Shown here in pieces: positions 28,905 to 39,507 of a stretch of DNA of 64,000 nt; position 1 is the stretch's first letter; every line of letters begins with the position of its first letter. The position numbers were made by a program, and so were the translations under genes. Under the pieces are notes generated by a model. It was not told where the DNA came from. It worked only from the letters and a program-made list of their open reading frames with translations, and did not search any database. This DNA comes from Salinispira sp. (GTDB lineage Bacteria > Spirochaetota > Spirochaetia > DSM-27196 > Salinispiraceae). The stretch lies in contig OZ271918.1 in assembly GCA_965602015.1 (NCBI GenBank), positions 1,856,001 through 1,920,000 of the forward strand, read 5' to 3'.

Positions 28905-29665
28905 GCTTTTCTCTGCAGATTAAAATCACGGTACCATTCAGCCAGTTCTCCCGAGCTCCAGCACAGGTCTTCCCACCCGTGTAAATCGTCCCTGGCGACG
29001 GAACGCGACAGCTCTTCAAGATAGTCTTGGCGGGGTATTTCCCTGCCGCCTAGCCGCTCCATATGCGGATTCTTGATTTGGGAATCGATAAAATGAGACC
29101 CCTGCCTGGGCAGAAGCCAGCGAACCAGTCCGGCAAGGGCGAGCTTTGAGGCTCCGGGCTCTGTACTGAACATAGACTCACCGCAGAACATGCCACCCCT
29201 GTTGACGCCGTACAGGCCGCCGACGAGCCGGGATTCCCCGTCGAAAACTTCCACTGAGTGCGCTGCGCCGAGCTCGTGCAGGCTGCAGTACGCTTTTATC
29301 ATGTCCTCGCTGATCCATGTCCCGTTCTCTCCGGGGCGGTAGATTTCTGCGCAGCGGCGAATTACCGAAGAAAAAATGGAATCGCAGCGCAGTATCAGGG
29401 AATCTGTTTTCCACTCCCGAAGAGTGCGACGGGATATATGAAGTTCGGCGAGATACAACACAAATCGGGGGTCGGGAGACCACCAGATTATCGGATCGCC
29501 GGGAGAAAACCAGGGGAAATACCCCTGCTCATAGGCCGACAATAGAACTCCCTGGGAAAGATTGCCTCCGAACCCGATAATCCCCTCATCGTTACATTCT
29601 TCGGGGTCAGGTAAGGGTACGCGGTAGTCCTGGGAAAGAACGGGTATTCCGTCAAAATTATACAT
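28901..29665 (-). CDS. aat: Leucyl/phenylalanyl-tRNA--protein transferase
   Basis: AYEQGYFPW, WWSPDPR, LVGGLYG, GESMFS, ASKLAL. Confidence 0.95.
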   Translation of the reverse strand: MYNFDGIPVLSQDYRVPLPDPEECNDEGIIGFGGNLSQGVLLSAYEQGYFPWFSPGDPIIWWSPDPRFVLYLAELHISRRTLREWKTDSLILRCDSIFSSVIRRCAEIYRPGENGTWISEDMIKAYCSLHELGAAHSVEVFDGESRLVGGLYGVNRGGMFCGESMFSTEPGASKLALAGLVRWLLPRQGSHFIDSQIKNPHMERLGGREIPRQDYLEELSRSVARDDLHGWEDLCWSSGELAEWYRDFNLQRKA

Positions 29666-29751
29666 GGGGATTGCTCAGCGTTGGATGCGGCATATGCCGC
29701 CTCACAAGTAGATTTACGCGCCGGCACCGGGGACCCCGGCGCCGGCCTGTC

Positions 29752-32295
29752 TTACGCATCGACCAGCTGCTCGCCCTTTGAAGCCTTTCCTTTACCGCTC
29801 TTTTTTTTGCGTGAACGGCTAAAGGTAAACTTGAGCCGTTCTTCAGGCGCCAGGTCTTCTGATTTGAGGGTAATTTTCGCCCGGCCGCCGTTTTCCAGCT
29901 TTCCAAAGAGCACCTCATCAATGAACCGTCCGCGGATGAGGTCGTCCACCGTACGGCTGATATTTCTGGCGCCGAATTCCTCGGAATAGCCGACACGAGC
30001 TATGTATCGGATTACCTCGCGGCTCACATCAATTTCCACGGACTTATCGACCAGCTGATCGCGGAATTCGTTGATCTCCTTCTCGACGATTTCAACTATG
30101 GCCCGTTCGCTTAGTCCGTTAAACACCACGATTTTATCCAAGCGGTTGCGGAATTCCGGGCTGAACGCCTTGTCCACCGCTTCCTTGATTGCGCTGCGGT
30201 CGGTGACCCGGTTGCCGAATCCGATGAGGCTTTTACCGATATTCCTGGCACCGGCATTGCTGGTCATAATTAATATGATATTCCTGAAATCCGCCTTTCT
30301 TCCGGAATTATCCGTGAGAGTGGCATAATCCATAATCTGCAGAAGAATGTTATAAATGTCGGGGTGGGCCTTTTCGACCTCATCCAGGAGCAGAACCGCG
30401 TGGGGATTACGCCGTACTGCTTCGGTAAGCATGCCACCCTCCTCATACCCAACGTATCCCGGAGGTGAGCCGATCAGCCTGCTCACCGAATGGCGCTCCT
30501 GATATTCGGTCATATCGAATCTCAGGAGCTGTACTCCAGTCTGATCCGCTAGCTGTCGAGCCAGTTCGGTTTTACCGACCCCGGTGGGTCCGACGAACAA
30601 AAAGTTGGCAACCGGCTTGGTTCCCTTGCGAAAACCGGCGCGGCTTCGCTTGATTGATTCCACCACCGATTTGACCGCTTCATCCTGGCCGTACAGAGAA
30701 CCGAGTATCGACGGCTCGAGGGTTTTGAGCTTATCCCGTTCATTTCCGTATACCCGTTTGCGGGGAACACGGGCGATCTTCGAGATTACCGTTTCAATAT
30801 CTTCAACACTCACTTCCGGCCACTGATCCCGGTCCGCAGCGCTTGTATTATCCGCACTGTCCTCAGCCTCTGCGTCCTTCTCCCCTGCCTGATGTTCCCG
30901 GCCGTCGGTCAATAGGGCGGCTGGGGCTTCCCCGCCGACAGGCGCCGACTCCGGGGTTGCTTTCTCTTCCGGTTCCGGAGGCAGTTTAAAGGTCTTTAGA
31001 CGGATCAACGCGCCGATTTCATCTATGACATCGATGGCCTTGTCGGGAAGAAAGCGCTCATTGATGTACTGCGACGATAACTCAACGGCCTGTCTCAGGG
31101 CATCGTCAGAGTAGCGGACTTGATGATGCTCTTCGTAGTGCTTGCGCAGGCCCTTCAGGATTTCGAAGGCGTCATCGATGTTTGGCTCATCGACCTCGAT
31201 GCTCTGAAACCGCCGGGCAAGGGCATGGTCCCTCTCGATAAACCGTCGGTATTCCTCGGGAGTTGTGGCGCCGACAATACGGATTTTCCCCGAGGCCAGG
31301 GCCGGCTTGAGCATGTTCGATGCATCCATGGTTCCGCCCGAGGCGGCACCGGTGCCAACGACGGTGTGGAGCTCATCGATGAATAAAATGATTTTATCCT
31401 CGGACTCCACTTCTTTCATAAGCAGTTTCATCCGCTCTTCGAAATCACCCCGGTATCGGGTTCCGGCAACAAGGGCCCCCATGTCCAGGGCCAGCAGCTT
31501 GTATCCCTTCAGAAGATCGGGGACATCGTTTTCTCCGATGGCAAGGGCCAAACCCTCGATAATTGCGGTTTTTCCCACACCGGGCTTTCCGATGAGGACC
31601 GGATTGTTCTTTATGCGGCGCATAAGCACCTGCATGGTGCGCTCCAGCTCTGATGCACGGCCGATTATGGGGTCGATCTCGCCGTTTTTGGCGGCGCTCA
31701 CCAGGTCGCGGGTGAAGGCTTCGAGGGCTTTTTTCTTTTTCTTTCGTCCGCTTTGCTGCCCATCTTCCGATGCCTGAAACTCCCCTTCTTCCGGCTCTTC
31801 CTCGCCGGAGAAAAAACCGTCGTCATCTTCATCGCCCTCCGGACCTTCATCATCGTTCATGTCCTGTTCGCTGCGGCCGAGAACGTGACTGATCACTTCC
31901 AAAAGCGCAAGGCGGTTTATGCCCGCCTGCTCGAGGAAATAGCGGCCGTGACTTTCGGGCTCTTCAAATAACGACACCAGAATGTCGCCGGGCTCAATGG
32001 TGTCCCGGCTTACGTGGTGGCTGTGAAGCACGGCACGCTCAAACACGTGATTGAACGAGGCCGATGAAAGAGGCTCCTGATTATCTACCGAAGGCGTATT
32101 GTCGACAAGAAAGGCCCGAAGGGTCTCCCGGATTTCATCGGGCTCTCCCCCGCACTGCAAAATCACTTCCCGGGGATACGGGTAGTTCAACGCGGCATAC
32201 AGAACATGCTCGGGGGTGAGGAACTCGTGTTTCCAGCTCAGCGCTTCCTGATACGCGCTGTTTAATATATCCTGAACTTCGCCACTAACTTTCAT
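29752..32295 (-). CDS. clpA: ATP-dependent Clp protease ATP-binding subunit ClpA
   Basis: Two AAA+ modules (GKPGVGKT, GPTGVGKT), IGF loop; flanked by clpS and aat. Confidence 0.95.
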   Translation of the reverse strand: MKVSGEVQDILNSAYQEALSWKHEFLTPEHVLYAALNYPYPREVILQCGGEPDEIRETLRAFLVDNTPSVDNQEPLSSASFNHVFERAVLHSHHVSRDTIEPGDILVSLFEEPESHGRYFLEQAGINRLALLEVISHVLGRSEQDMNDDEGPEGDEDDDGFFSGEEEPEEGEFQASEDGQQSGRKKKKKALEAFTRDLVSAAKNGEIDPIIGRASELERTMQVLMRRIKNNPVLIGKPGVGKTAIIEGLALAIGENDVPDLLKGYKLLALDMGALVAGTRYRGDFEERMKLLMKEVESEDKIILFIDELHTVVGTGAASGGTMDASNMLKPALASGKIRIVGATTPEEYRRFIERDHALARRFQSIEVDEPNIDDAFEILKGLRKHYEEHHQVRYSDDALRQAVELSSQYINERFLPDKAIDVIDEIGALIRLKTFKLPPEPEEKATPESAPVGGEAPAALLTDGREHQAGEKDAEAEDSADNTSAADRDQWPEVSVEDIETVISKIARVPRKRVYGNERDKLKTLEPSILGSLYGQDEAVKSVVESIKRSRAGFRKGTKPVANFLFVGPTGVGKTELARQLADQTGVQLLRFDMTEYQERHSVSRLIGSPPGYVGYEEGGMLTEAVRRNPHAVLLLDEVEKAHPDIYNILLQIMDYATLTDNSGRKADFRNIILIMTSNAGARNIGKSLIGFGNRVTDRSAIKEAVDKAFSPEFRNRLDKIVVFNGLSERAIVEIVEKEINEFRDQLVDKSVEIDVSREVIRYIARVGYSEEFGARNISRTVDDLIRGRFIDEVLFGKLENGGRAKITLKSEDLAPEERLKFTFSRSRKKKSGKGKASKGEQLVDA

Positions 32296-32304
32296 ATCTA
32301 CCTC

Positions 32305-32613
32305 TTATGCTTTTTCGACACGGCAGCGGAGAGGGTATTCCCGCTCCTTGGCGTATCTATGGACCTGCTGGATTTTGCTCATGGCAATGTCATAGGTGTA
32401 GGTTCCCACATCGCCAGCGCCTTTCTCATGGATTTCCAGCATTATCCGTTGGGCGTCATGGGAATCTTTCCTGAATATTTTCATTAAAACCTCGACCACG
32501 AACTCCATGGTCGTGTAATCATCATTGAGCATGATGACCTTGTACATTTCCGGTTTTTTAATAACGGTCTTTTTCTTGGTTTTTACGTCACCCTGACCGC
32601 CGAGCTCCGGCAT
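32305..32613 (-). CDS. clpS: Clp protease adaptor ClpS
   Basis: YKVIMLNDDYTTMEFVV, MLEIHEKG. Confidence 0.96.
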   Translation of the reverse strand: MPELGGQGDVKTKKKTVIKKPEMYKVIMLNDDYTTMEFVVEVLMKIFRKDSHDAQRIMLEIHEKGAGDVGTYTYDIAMSKIQQVHRYAKEREYPLRCRVEKA

Positions 32614-32630
32614 GTATTGCCTCCGAAATC

Positions 32631-34694
32631 CTAGAATTCGAGAGGTGCGAAATACCCGCCTTCATCCCTTCCACTCTTGGTGAAATGGGAAACCTCCACT
32701 TCAATAGGAAGATACTTTCTTCCAAAGTCAGCGTCAAACAATGAAGTGGTGCTGAGGGTATAAATGCCGGTCCTTCGGTTCAGGAAATCGTCCTGCAGCG
32801 GGGCGAGGCCCGCTTCAGCAAAAATGGTATAGATGTGGCCGCCGGTTTGTTCAACCAGGAAGCGAAGAGCATTGTCCAGCGGCGCCTGTGAACTATGGGC
32901 GATATTAAAGCGGATGTGATTATTCTGCAGATAGGCAAGGGATTGAGTCAGCCCGATATTTTCGAATGCCCAATCGGGCAGCTGGCCACCGGAAACGAAG
33001 AGTATCTCCCGCTTGGCCTGATCGAGCAGAAGCCGGTCCCCCGCCAGACGGATGGCCTGATCGAGGCGCCACTGGCCGTCTCCGGCGATGCCCCGGAGAA
33101 CGGGAATGATGTCATCCGCACTGTCAGTCCGGTCCCATTCCAAAACCGGCGAGAGGCCCGCGGAAAAAATCCTCAGCCCTGACTGGGGGGGAAGATTTTG
33201 AATGGCCTGAAGGGCGGCTTCCTGCTGTCTTGAGCGGAATAACTCGTCGGAGCGCCGTTCGCTTGCTTCTACAATCATCGCGACACTGCTGAGCTCGTCG
33301 AATGAACCGCTGTAGTCCAAATCCCAGTTATCGAAGGTCAGCCCTTCCTCGGTGAGGATAAAATTTTCCGATTCCAGACCGAGCACATCATTTCCCAGGA
33401 TATCCCGAACGGAAACTTCTACGGAGACACGGGGAAAATCAGAGGCCTCGACCCGAAGTATCTCGACCTGATATCCGGAATACAGGCCCGAAAGCCTTGA
33501 GAGATACAGGACCCGACTGTTTCGAAAATCGCTGATGATGAGATTGCTGTTATCGTCAAATATCGCAGATACGAACTGGGCGTTCTCCCGTTCGCCGGCC
33601 CGATGAAGCGGGGTGAGACGCAGAGCCGAGGGATCAAAGGAGTACACGGCTTCCCGGCTGGTCAAAAGGAGCCGACCATTTTCGCCGGCGGAAATATCTT
33701 CCAGGTCGCTGACCCCTGGCAGCTCGAATGCCTCGAGAAGATTGCCGCTGACATCGAAGCGGTACAGAATCGACTGGTCGTTCCGATTATCACCGACAAA
33801 AATGTGATCACCGTCGGCGTGAACTCCGGCTATCCGGCTGAATCCGGGAAATTCCGACGATACCCTCCTGAAAGCCGCGGGCTCGCCGAAGTGGAAGAGA
33901 AAATCACCGCCGGTGGTGTATTTCACAATCCGCTGATTACCAAAATCGCTGACGTAGACCGCAGGTTCCCGGGATACGCTGATGTATTGGGGACCGAGAA
34001 GCTGCCCCTCCCCTATGCCGCTAGAACCGAACTGCCGGATGGTGTTCCCATCACTGCTGAGAACGGAAATAAAATCGCCGAGGAAGTTCGTTACGAACAC
34101 TTCATCTTCATAGCGGTCGCTGTCGAAGGGGCCTGCAAGGGGCGAAAATCCGCCATTGAGATTTATTAGCAGTCTCCCGCTCTGATTAATCAGACTGATA
34201 TTGTTGCTGCCGAAGGATGTGAGAAGAATCCTTCCACGTCCATCGGGCAAAACTCCGCCGGGAAAAACCATGGAATTGGAGTACTCACTGCGCTCAAACT
34301 GCTCGACGATGAGAAAATCCCGGTCTTCCTGCAGTTCCTGCGCAAGACTGCGCCGGGCCAACAGGTGATCGATAAATGCCCGAAGGAATGGAGCCGCCAG
34401 CCCCTCTTCCTCGAGGTCCTGCCATTCATTAAGCGCCGCATCCTCAAAACCGGAAAAATAGTACGCCCTGCCGAGCCAAAGGCGTACCAGCGGGTCGTCG
34501 GGAACAAAACTCAAGCTCCGCTGAAAGGAAAGAATCGCTTCATTGTAGCTGGCCCTGTGAAAGCGGACCACTCCTTCGCGAAAGCTCTCGTCGGCGTTAA
34601 GGACATCAAAATCCACCTGGGCAAACAGGGACGCGGAAACTGCAATGAGGAAGAATAAGGCTGCAATGTGCTGGAGACGGCGGAAGTACTTCAT
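32631..34694 (-). CDS. Exported TPR plus NHL beta-propeller plus vWA-like protein
   Basis: Signal peptide, TPR (WLGRAYYFSG), NHL repeats (GPQYISV, YVSDFGNQRI), C-terminal alpha/beta domain. Confidence 0.8.
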   Translation of the reverse strand: MKYFRRLQHIAALFFLIAVSASLFAQVDFDVLNADESFREGVVRFHRASYNEAILSFQRSLSFVPDDPLVRLWLGRAYYFSGFEDAALNEWQDLEEEGLAAPFLRAFIDHLLARRSLAQELQEDRDFLIVEQFERSEYSNSMVFPGGVLPDGRGRILLTSFGSNNISLINQSGRLLINLNGGFSPLAGPFDSDRYEDEVFVTNFLGDFISVLSSDGNTIRQFGSSGIGEGQLLGPQYISVSREPAVYVSDFGNQRIVKYTTGGDFLFHFGEPAAFRRVSSEFPGFSRIAGVHADGDHIFVGDNRNDQSILYRFDVSGNLLEAFELPGVSDLEDISAGENGRLLLTSREAVYSFDPSALRLTPLHRAGERENAQFVSAIFDDNSNLIISDFRNSRVLYLSRLSGLYSGYQVEILRVEASDFPRVSVEVSVRDILGNDVLGLESENFILTEEGLTFDNWDLDYSGSFDELSSVAMIVEASERRSDELFRSRQQEAALQAIQNLPPQSGLRIFSAGLSPVLEWDRTDSADDIIPVLRGIAGDGQWRLDQAIRLAGDRLLLDQAKREILFVSGGQLPDWAFENIGLTQSLAYLQNNHIRFNIAHSSQAPLDNALRFLVEQTGGHIYTIFAEAGLAPLQDDFLNRRTGIYTLSTTSLFDADFGRKYLPIEVEVSHFTKSGRDEGGYFAPLEF

Positions 34695-35362
34695 ACGTCA
34701 ATCATACCAGCTTTTTTCACCAGTTCAAGATGCTCGCGTATTTCGCTTTCCTTGGGAGCCAGGTCCACAGCCTTGTTGAGGACCCGGCGGGCGTTTACCG
34801 GATCGCCCATTTTATGAAGAACCCAGCCGAAGGTGTCCAGATAGGCCGGATGATCTGGCTTGAGCTCCAGGGCCTTGCGGATATAATCCCTGGCCTTGGG
34901 CAGCTGGATGCCCTGATCGGCCATGATAAACGCCAGGGAATTTAATGCGGTGGCGTTTTCCGGATTTATGGCCAGGGCCTGTTCCAGATTTTTTATGCTG
35001 GCGGGAATGTTTTCCTGTTTGTAGAGGATATACCCCAAGGCAGCGTGCACTTTTGAGCTGTCATAGCCTTCATCGAGAAGATGCTGGAACTCGTATTCAG
35101 CCAAACGGTAGCGGCCGGTGTTGGCGTACACATATCCGATGAGCATCCTGCTCTGGTAAACCTGGGCGAAATCCTCTGAGGATGCCACCACCTGGTCGAG
35201 ATAAATCAGTGCCTCGTCAAACTGTTCAAGCTGAGCGTAGCAGAGTCCCAGGTAGTAGGAAATTTCGGCATAGCTGTCCTCATTGGCCTGGATACTCCGG
35301 AAATGCCTGAGAGCCTCGTTGTATTTTCCGCTCCGGTAGAGCTCGATTCCCTTTTTCATCAT
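34691..35362 (-). CDS. TPR protein
   Basis: Repeated YYLG/ALG..Y helices, ALNSLAF, YLDTFGW. Confidence 0.88.
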   Translation of the reverse strand: MMKKGIELYRSGKYNEALRHFRSIQANEDSYAEISYYLGLCYAQLEQFDEALIYLDQVVASSEDFAQVYQSRMLIGYVYANTGRYRLAEYEFQHLLDEGYDSSKVHAALGYILYKQENIPASIKNLEQALAINPENATALNSLAFIMADQGIQLPKARDYIRKALELKPDHPAYLDTFGWVLHKMGDPVNARRVLNKAVDLAPKESEIREHLELVKKAGMIDV

Positions 35363-36109
35363 CTACACTTTAAACTCGGCCTTTTTATACACCTCATCAA
35401 TAAGATTATTCACCGGATGAAGATGTACGGGACTAATGGAGATGGCTCCAGCCAAAACCGCTTCCTGATCCGAACCGGGGTCTTCCAGACTCTCATCCGG
35501 CACCCCGGACAAGAACCAGTATTGGTCGCCGTCGGGAGCCTCGAAGCTGTGAAGGGCGTCTTTATACACCCGTTTACATGGGTGGGTTATTCTGATGTCT
35601 CCGGTTTCATGGCCCGGACCGTTTATATTGATAAAATGATGCTCATCCCACAGGCGGATAAACCCGCCGACATTCCGGGAGACCATGCGGGCCAGGGGCA
35701 TGAAGTTATACGGCGGGCGAGTGGATATCAGGCTGATGGCAACTGAGGGGATGTTCATATAAGCGCCTTGCCGGGCTGCAGCGGCGGTGCCCGAATAGGT
35801 CAAATCGGTTCCCAGGTTTGGACCGTAATTGATTCCCGAGAGAATGATATCCGGCGGACCATCCATGATCCCCAAAATAGCAGTCATGACGCAGTCCGCA
35901 GGGCTTCCGCTGGTCTGAAACTGACGCTCCGAGAGCCGTCGGCTGCGAATTGCGTCCTTCAGGGAAATTGAATGGGAATTGCCGCTGCGCTCGCCGTCAG
36001 GGGCGACGATCCATACATCTGCCTGGGGATAATCGCTCAGAAGAACCTCGCGCAGAAGCTGAAGACCCTCGCTGCTTATTCCGTCATCGTTTGTCAGTAA
36101 TATTTTCAT
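35363..36109 (-). CDS. surE: 5'/3'-nucleotidase SurE
   Basis: LTNDDG, GSPADCV, SGINYGPN, YSGT. Confidence 0.95.
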   Translation of the reverse strand: MKILLTNDDGISSEGLQLLREVLLSDYPQADVWIVAPDGERSGNSHSISLKDAIRSRRLSERQFQTSGSPADCVMTAILGIMDGPPDIILSGINYGPNLGTDLTYSGTAAAARQGAYMNIPSVAISLISTRPPYNFMPLARMVSRNVGGFIRLWDEHHFININGPGHETGDIRITHPCKRVYKDALHSFEAPDGDQYWFLSGVPDESLEDPGSDQEAVLAGAISISPVHLHPVNNLIDEVYKKAEFKV

Positions 36110-36115
36110 TGCTGC

Positions 36116-37264
36116 CTATATTTCCCGGGTGCTGCCCTTCCCGGGCACAATCGGGTAGATATTCGGATGGAAGCCAAAAATGCGCTCGTATTCTTCCATT
36201 TTATCTCGGTAACTGTCCATGGCGTCATGGCGTATCATGACTAACACGCAGCCCCCGAACCCCCGCCCGCTGAGCCGGGATCCCAGAACACCGTCCATTT
36301 CGCTGCCTCGTTTCACAATCCAGTCGATTTCCGGAACCGATACTTCCATAAGGTCTCTGAGTCCTTCATGACTGCGCATCATTTCCTTGCCCGCATGTTC
36401 AAAATCCCCTTCGGCGAGCATGGCGCTGACCTCGCTGACCCGATGGAACTCCTGGGCTACATGAATGCACACCCGCCGGCGGGATTCGGGGAGAATTCCC
36501 AGGCTCTGACGGATTTCGCTCAGACTCAGGTGACGGTAGTCCCGTCCGCCGAGCCGGTTTTTTAACTGGGTCATACACTGGTTGGAAAGTTCAATCCGCT
36601 CTTCCCGGTCTTCTTCGGCTTCCTGTGACGGCACCCTGGTATCTACCAGCAGAAGGCGTATGTCAGCGGGATCGAAGGGAATGTGCTGAACGGTCAGATT
36701 GTGGGTGTCGATGAAGCTGATGTGTTTTTCCCGGGCGTGATGACTGGCCAAATGAGGAAGAAACCCCGTGTCTTCATGGAGGAATGCGGTTTCAGCCTGA
36801 TGGGCGCATTGCAATAACTGGAGTTCGGTGAGGTCAAAATTCTCGAGTTCGGCTATGGCCCTTGTTGCGGCGACCACTATTGCGGCCGAACTTCCCAAAC
36901 CGATGCCCCCGGGGACGTCGCCTCCGACGGTGACATTCAGTCCGTCGATGGGGCAGCCCATGTTCTGAAGTCCGTAAATAGATCCTTTAAGGTAGTTGGC
37001 CCAACGGTCTTCCCGTTTGTATTTGAGATTGGTAAGACTGCATTTTTTGCGCTCCTCGTAGTCCGGAGCGAAAAAGCGGAAACTGTGATCGCCTCGACGG
37101 GATACCGCGACGGTCATTCTAAAAGGAAGAGCGAATGAAAGACCGTGGCCTTCGGCGAACTCGGTGTGTTCGCCCAAAACATTGGCAACTCCGGGGGCGG
37201 AAACCATGACTTCGGGATCTTCCTGATATTCCCTGATGTGTAGCGCTCGGTAGTCCTGATCCAA
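36116..37264 (-). CDS. Galactokinase-like GHMP kinase (catalytic residues altered)
   Basis: APG..N..GEHT, PGGIGLGSSAA, SGRGFGG. Confidence 0.85.
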   Translation of the reverse strand: MDQDYRALHIREYQEDPEVMVSAPGVANVLGEHTEFAEGHGLSFALPFRMTVAVSRRGDHSFRFFAPDYEERKKCSLTNLKYKREDRWANYLKGSIYGLQNMGCPIDGLNVTVGGDVPGGIGLGSSAAIVVAATRAIAELENFDLTELQLLQCAHQAETAFLHEDTGFLPHLASHHAREKHISFIDTHNLTVQHIPFDPADIRLLLVDTRVPSQEAEEDREERIELSNQCMTQLKNRLGGRDYRHLSLSEIRQSLGILPESRRRVCIHVAQEFHRVSEVSAMLAEGDFEHAGKEMMRSHEGLRDLMEVSVPEIDWIVKRGSEMDGVLGSRLSGRGFGGCVLVMIRHDAMDSYRDKMEEYERIFGFHPNIYPIVPGKGSTREI

Positions 37265-37348
37265 TAACTCCCCCTGGGCTAAAAATATAGTACCCGATTA
37301 TGTAAAACGTATCAATTAAAACCCATTTTTCTGCTATCCTGACTCAAC

Positions 37349-39037
37349 ATGAAAAATCAACAATCATCCCTGCTCGAACCGCTTGCCCTCGTTCTTCTTT
37401 CAGCTCTCCTGAATTGGCTTTCCCAACCAAACGAGCTGTTTGTCGGCGGCAACTGGTTTTTCGGATTGATCAGTTATATCCCGCTGTACGTGATGTTTGC
37501 TTCATTTCCCCTCAGTATCAGAAGCTCCGGTCGGCTCGGCCTGCTGTATGCCCTTATCAATACCTTGAGCTCGTATTTCTGGCTCACAAATTTCGGAGAC
37601 TACTCGCTGTGGACCATAAGCGGCGTAACCCTGGTATACCTGATTTTTTACCGGGCTTTTTTCCGCATGATGCAGCATCTTTTTGCCCGGTCACCGCGGC
37701 CGGTTGTATCCAATTCCTCCGACGGAGACCTTCGTGTCGGAGAGTCCAAAGCGCAGACGTTTTTCTCTGCCGGGGAATCAGGACCGCTGATTTTCGCCGT
37801 CGCCTGGACGGCGTTTGAATTTTTCCGGAGCCGGGGCTATTTGGCCTTCCCGTGGAATCTGGCGGCCTTTCCCTTCCACGAAGCGGTGTTTTTCAACCAG
37901 ATAGCCGAGCTAAGCGGAGTATGGATTATCAGCTTCGCGGTTCTATACCTTCAGGCGGCTTCCGCAGACCTGCTCATCATGGGGCGAGGAGGTATGAGGT
38001 TTCACCTCTACGGCCCGGAGCACCGTTTCGCATCAGCGGCATTGATTCTCCTTATTGGAGCTTACGGGCTTATACGAATGAGCAGCTTCGCTACTTCCGA
38101 TGACCGTGGCTCCGGAGAGGAGCTGATCGTGCTGCTGGTGCAGCAAAATGTTGACAGTTGGGCGCAGGAAGACCGCACCCTCGGCGTAAGCCGGGCCATC
38201 GACCTGAGCATGCAGGGCATCGACGAATCCGCAGAGCGCTTCGGCAGAGAGCCCGACCTCATTGCCTGGAGCGAAACCAGCCTCACCTACCCGTATTCTC
38301 CTGAGGGAAGTTATTATCAGCATCGACCTCGCCCCATAAGTTTGCGGGATTTCCTGGAGTCGAGCTCAGCGGAACTCATAACCGGAGCGCCGGTAATAGA
38401 AAGCATCCAGCCCTTCACGGCATTCAACTCGAGCATCCATATCGACAGCGAAGGCAGGCTCCTTGGCGAGTACGGTAAAATTCAGCTCATCCCCTTCGCC
38501 GAGCATGTCCCCTTTACGGATTTCAAGCCGCTGGCGGATTTCCTGGAAGGCGTTGTCGGCATACCAGCCAGCGGCTGGACTCCGGGCAGATCGGTTGAGC
38601 TGTTCACCCTCGACAAGGGCATAAAGCTCGGCACCCCCATATGCTTCGAAGACTCCTTCGCCTCCAACACCAGATATTTTACCCGGGCCGGCGCCGATGT
38701 GCTTCTGAACCTGACAAATAACGCCTGGTCCGAAACCCGCTCCGCCCAAATGCAGCACCTGGTATCCGCCCGCTACCGGGCAATTGAAAACCGCCGATAC
38801 CTTCTTCGATCGACAAACGGCGGTGTGACGAGCATCATATCTCCCGACGGCACAATCCTCGCTGAGATACCCATGTTCGAGGAGGCCTTCCTGCTGGAGA
38901 GGATAATCATTCCGGACCACAGACCTCTCACGGTTTATGCCCGGTTCGGAGACTGGTTCGCCTGGGTTATGGTACTGCTGCTGTTTGGTTTCCTGGTACA
39001 GCGCAAACTGGACCTGGAGGATAAAAGTACAGGGTGA
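37349..39037 (+). CDS. lnt: Apolipoprotein N-acyltransferase
   Basis: Multiple TMs; WSET, K..LIPFAE, ICFED, NLTNNAW. Confidence 0.92.
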   Translation: MKNQQSSLLEPLALVLLSALLNWLSQPNELFVGGNWFFGLISYIPLYVMFASFPLSIRSSGRLGLLYALINTLSSYFWLTNFGDYSLWTISGVTLVYLIFYRAFFRMMQHLFARSPRPVVSNSSDGDLRVGESKAQTFFSAGESGPLIFAVAWTAFEFFRSRGYLAFPWNLAAFPFHEAVFFNQIAELSGVWIISFAVLYLQAASADLLIMGRGGMRFHLYGPEHRFASAALILLIGAYGLIRMSSFATSDDRGSGEELIVLLVQQNVDSWAQEDRTLGVSRAIDLSMQGIDESAERFGREPDLIAWSETSLTYPYSPEGSYYQHRPRPISLRDFLESSSAELITGAPVIESIQPFTAFNSSIHIDSEGRLLGEYGKIQLIPFAEHVPFTDFKPLADFLEGVVGIPASGWTPGRSVELFTLDKGIKLGTPICFEDSFASNTRYFTRAGADVLLNLTNNAWSETRSAQMQHLVSARYRAIENRRYLLRSTNGGVTSIISPDGTILAEIPMFEEAFLLERIIIPDHRPLTVYARFGDWFAWVMVLLLFGFLVQRKLDLEDKSTG

Positions 39038-39104
39038 ATGACCAGGTTTCGGTCCGCCCCTGAGCGCATGTAAAATTCGCAAACCGCCTGCATTGTGATT
39101 GCAT

Positions 39105-39136
39105 AAAAAAAGACCGGGCACAGTGCCCGGCCTTTT
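39105..39136 (-). terminator. Intrinsic terminator after rpmE2 (possibly bidirectional)
   Basis: Minus strand GGCCGGGCA-CTG-TGCCCGGTC-T7; T4 on the plus side. Confidence 0.85.
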
Positions 39137-39169
39137 CCTTCCGCTCCCGCATATGGGAGGCTATACGTC

Positions 39170-39415
39170 TTACTTGATATTGTACTTTCTCTTGAAACGC
39201 TCGACCCGGCCCGCGGTATCGACCAGCTGCTGCTTGCCGGTAAAGAAGGGATGGGATGCCGACGAGATTTCCAGCTCGTAGAGCGGATATTCGTTGCCGT
39301 CATCGTGCTTCATGGTCTTGTTTGTCTCAACAGTAGACTTGGTAAGAAATACGGTTCCGCTGGCGATGTCCTTGAAGGCCACCAGGCGGTAGTCAGGATG
39401 GATGTCCTTTCTCAT
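39170..39415 (-). CDS. rpmE2: 50S ribosomal protein L31 type B
   Basis: [26 protein letters not shown]; no zinc cysteines. Confidence 0.95.
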   Translation of the reverse strand: MRKDIHPDYRLVAFKDIASGTVFLTKSTVETNKTMKHDDGNEYPLYELEISSASHPFFTGKQQLVDTAGRVERFKRKYNIK

Positions 39416-39507
39416 TTTTACAAACCTCTCTTTGCTATTGCTCCCCGCCGTGCGAGGCTGATGCTGTGCGGCACTTTTGCCGACGCTGCTCCCCGGGAAA
39501 GAGTAAT

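Noticed and set aside
39425..39500. TGCTCCCCG repeated twice between rho and rpmE2
   Set aside because: Only 9 bp with no further supporting structure, so it is too weak to call.
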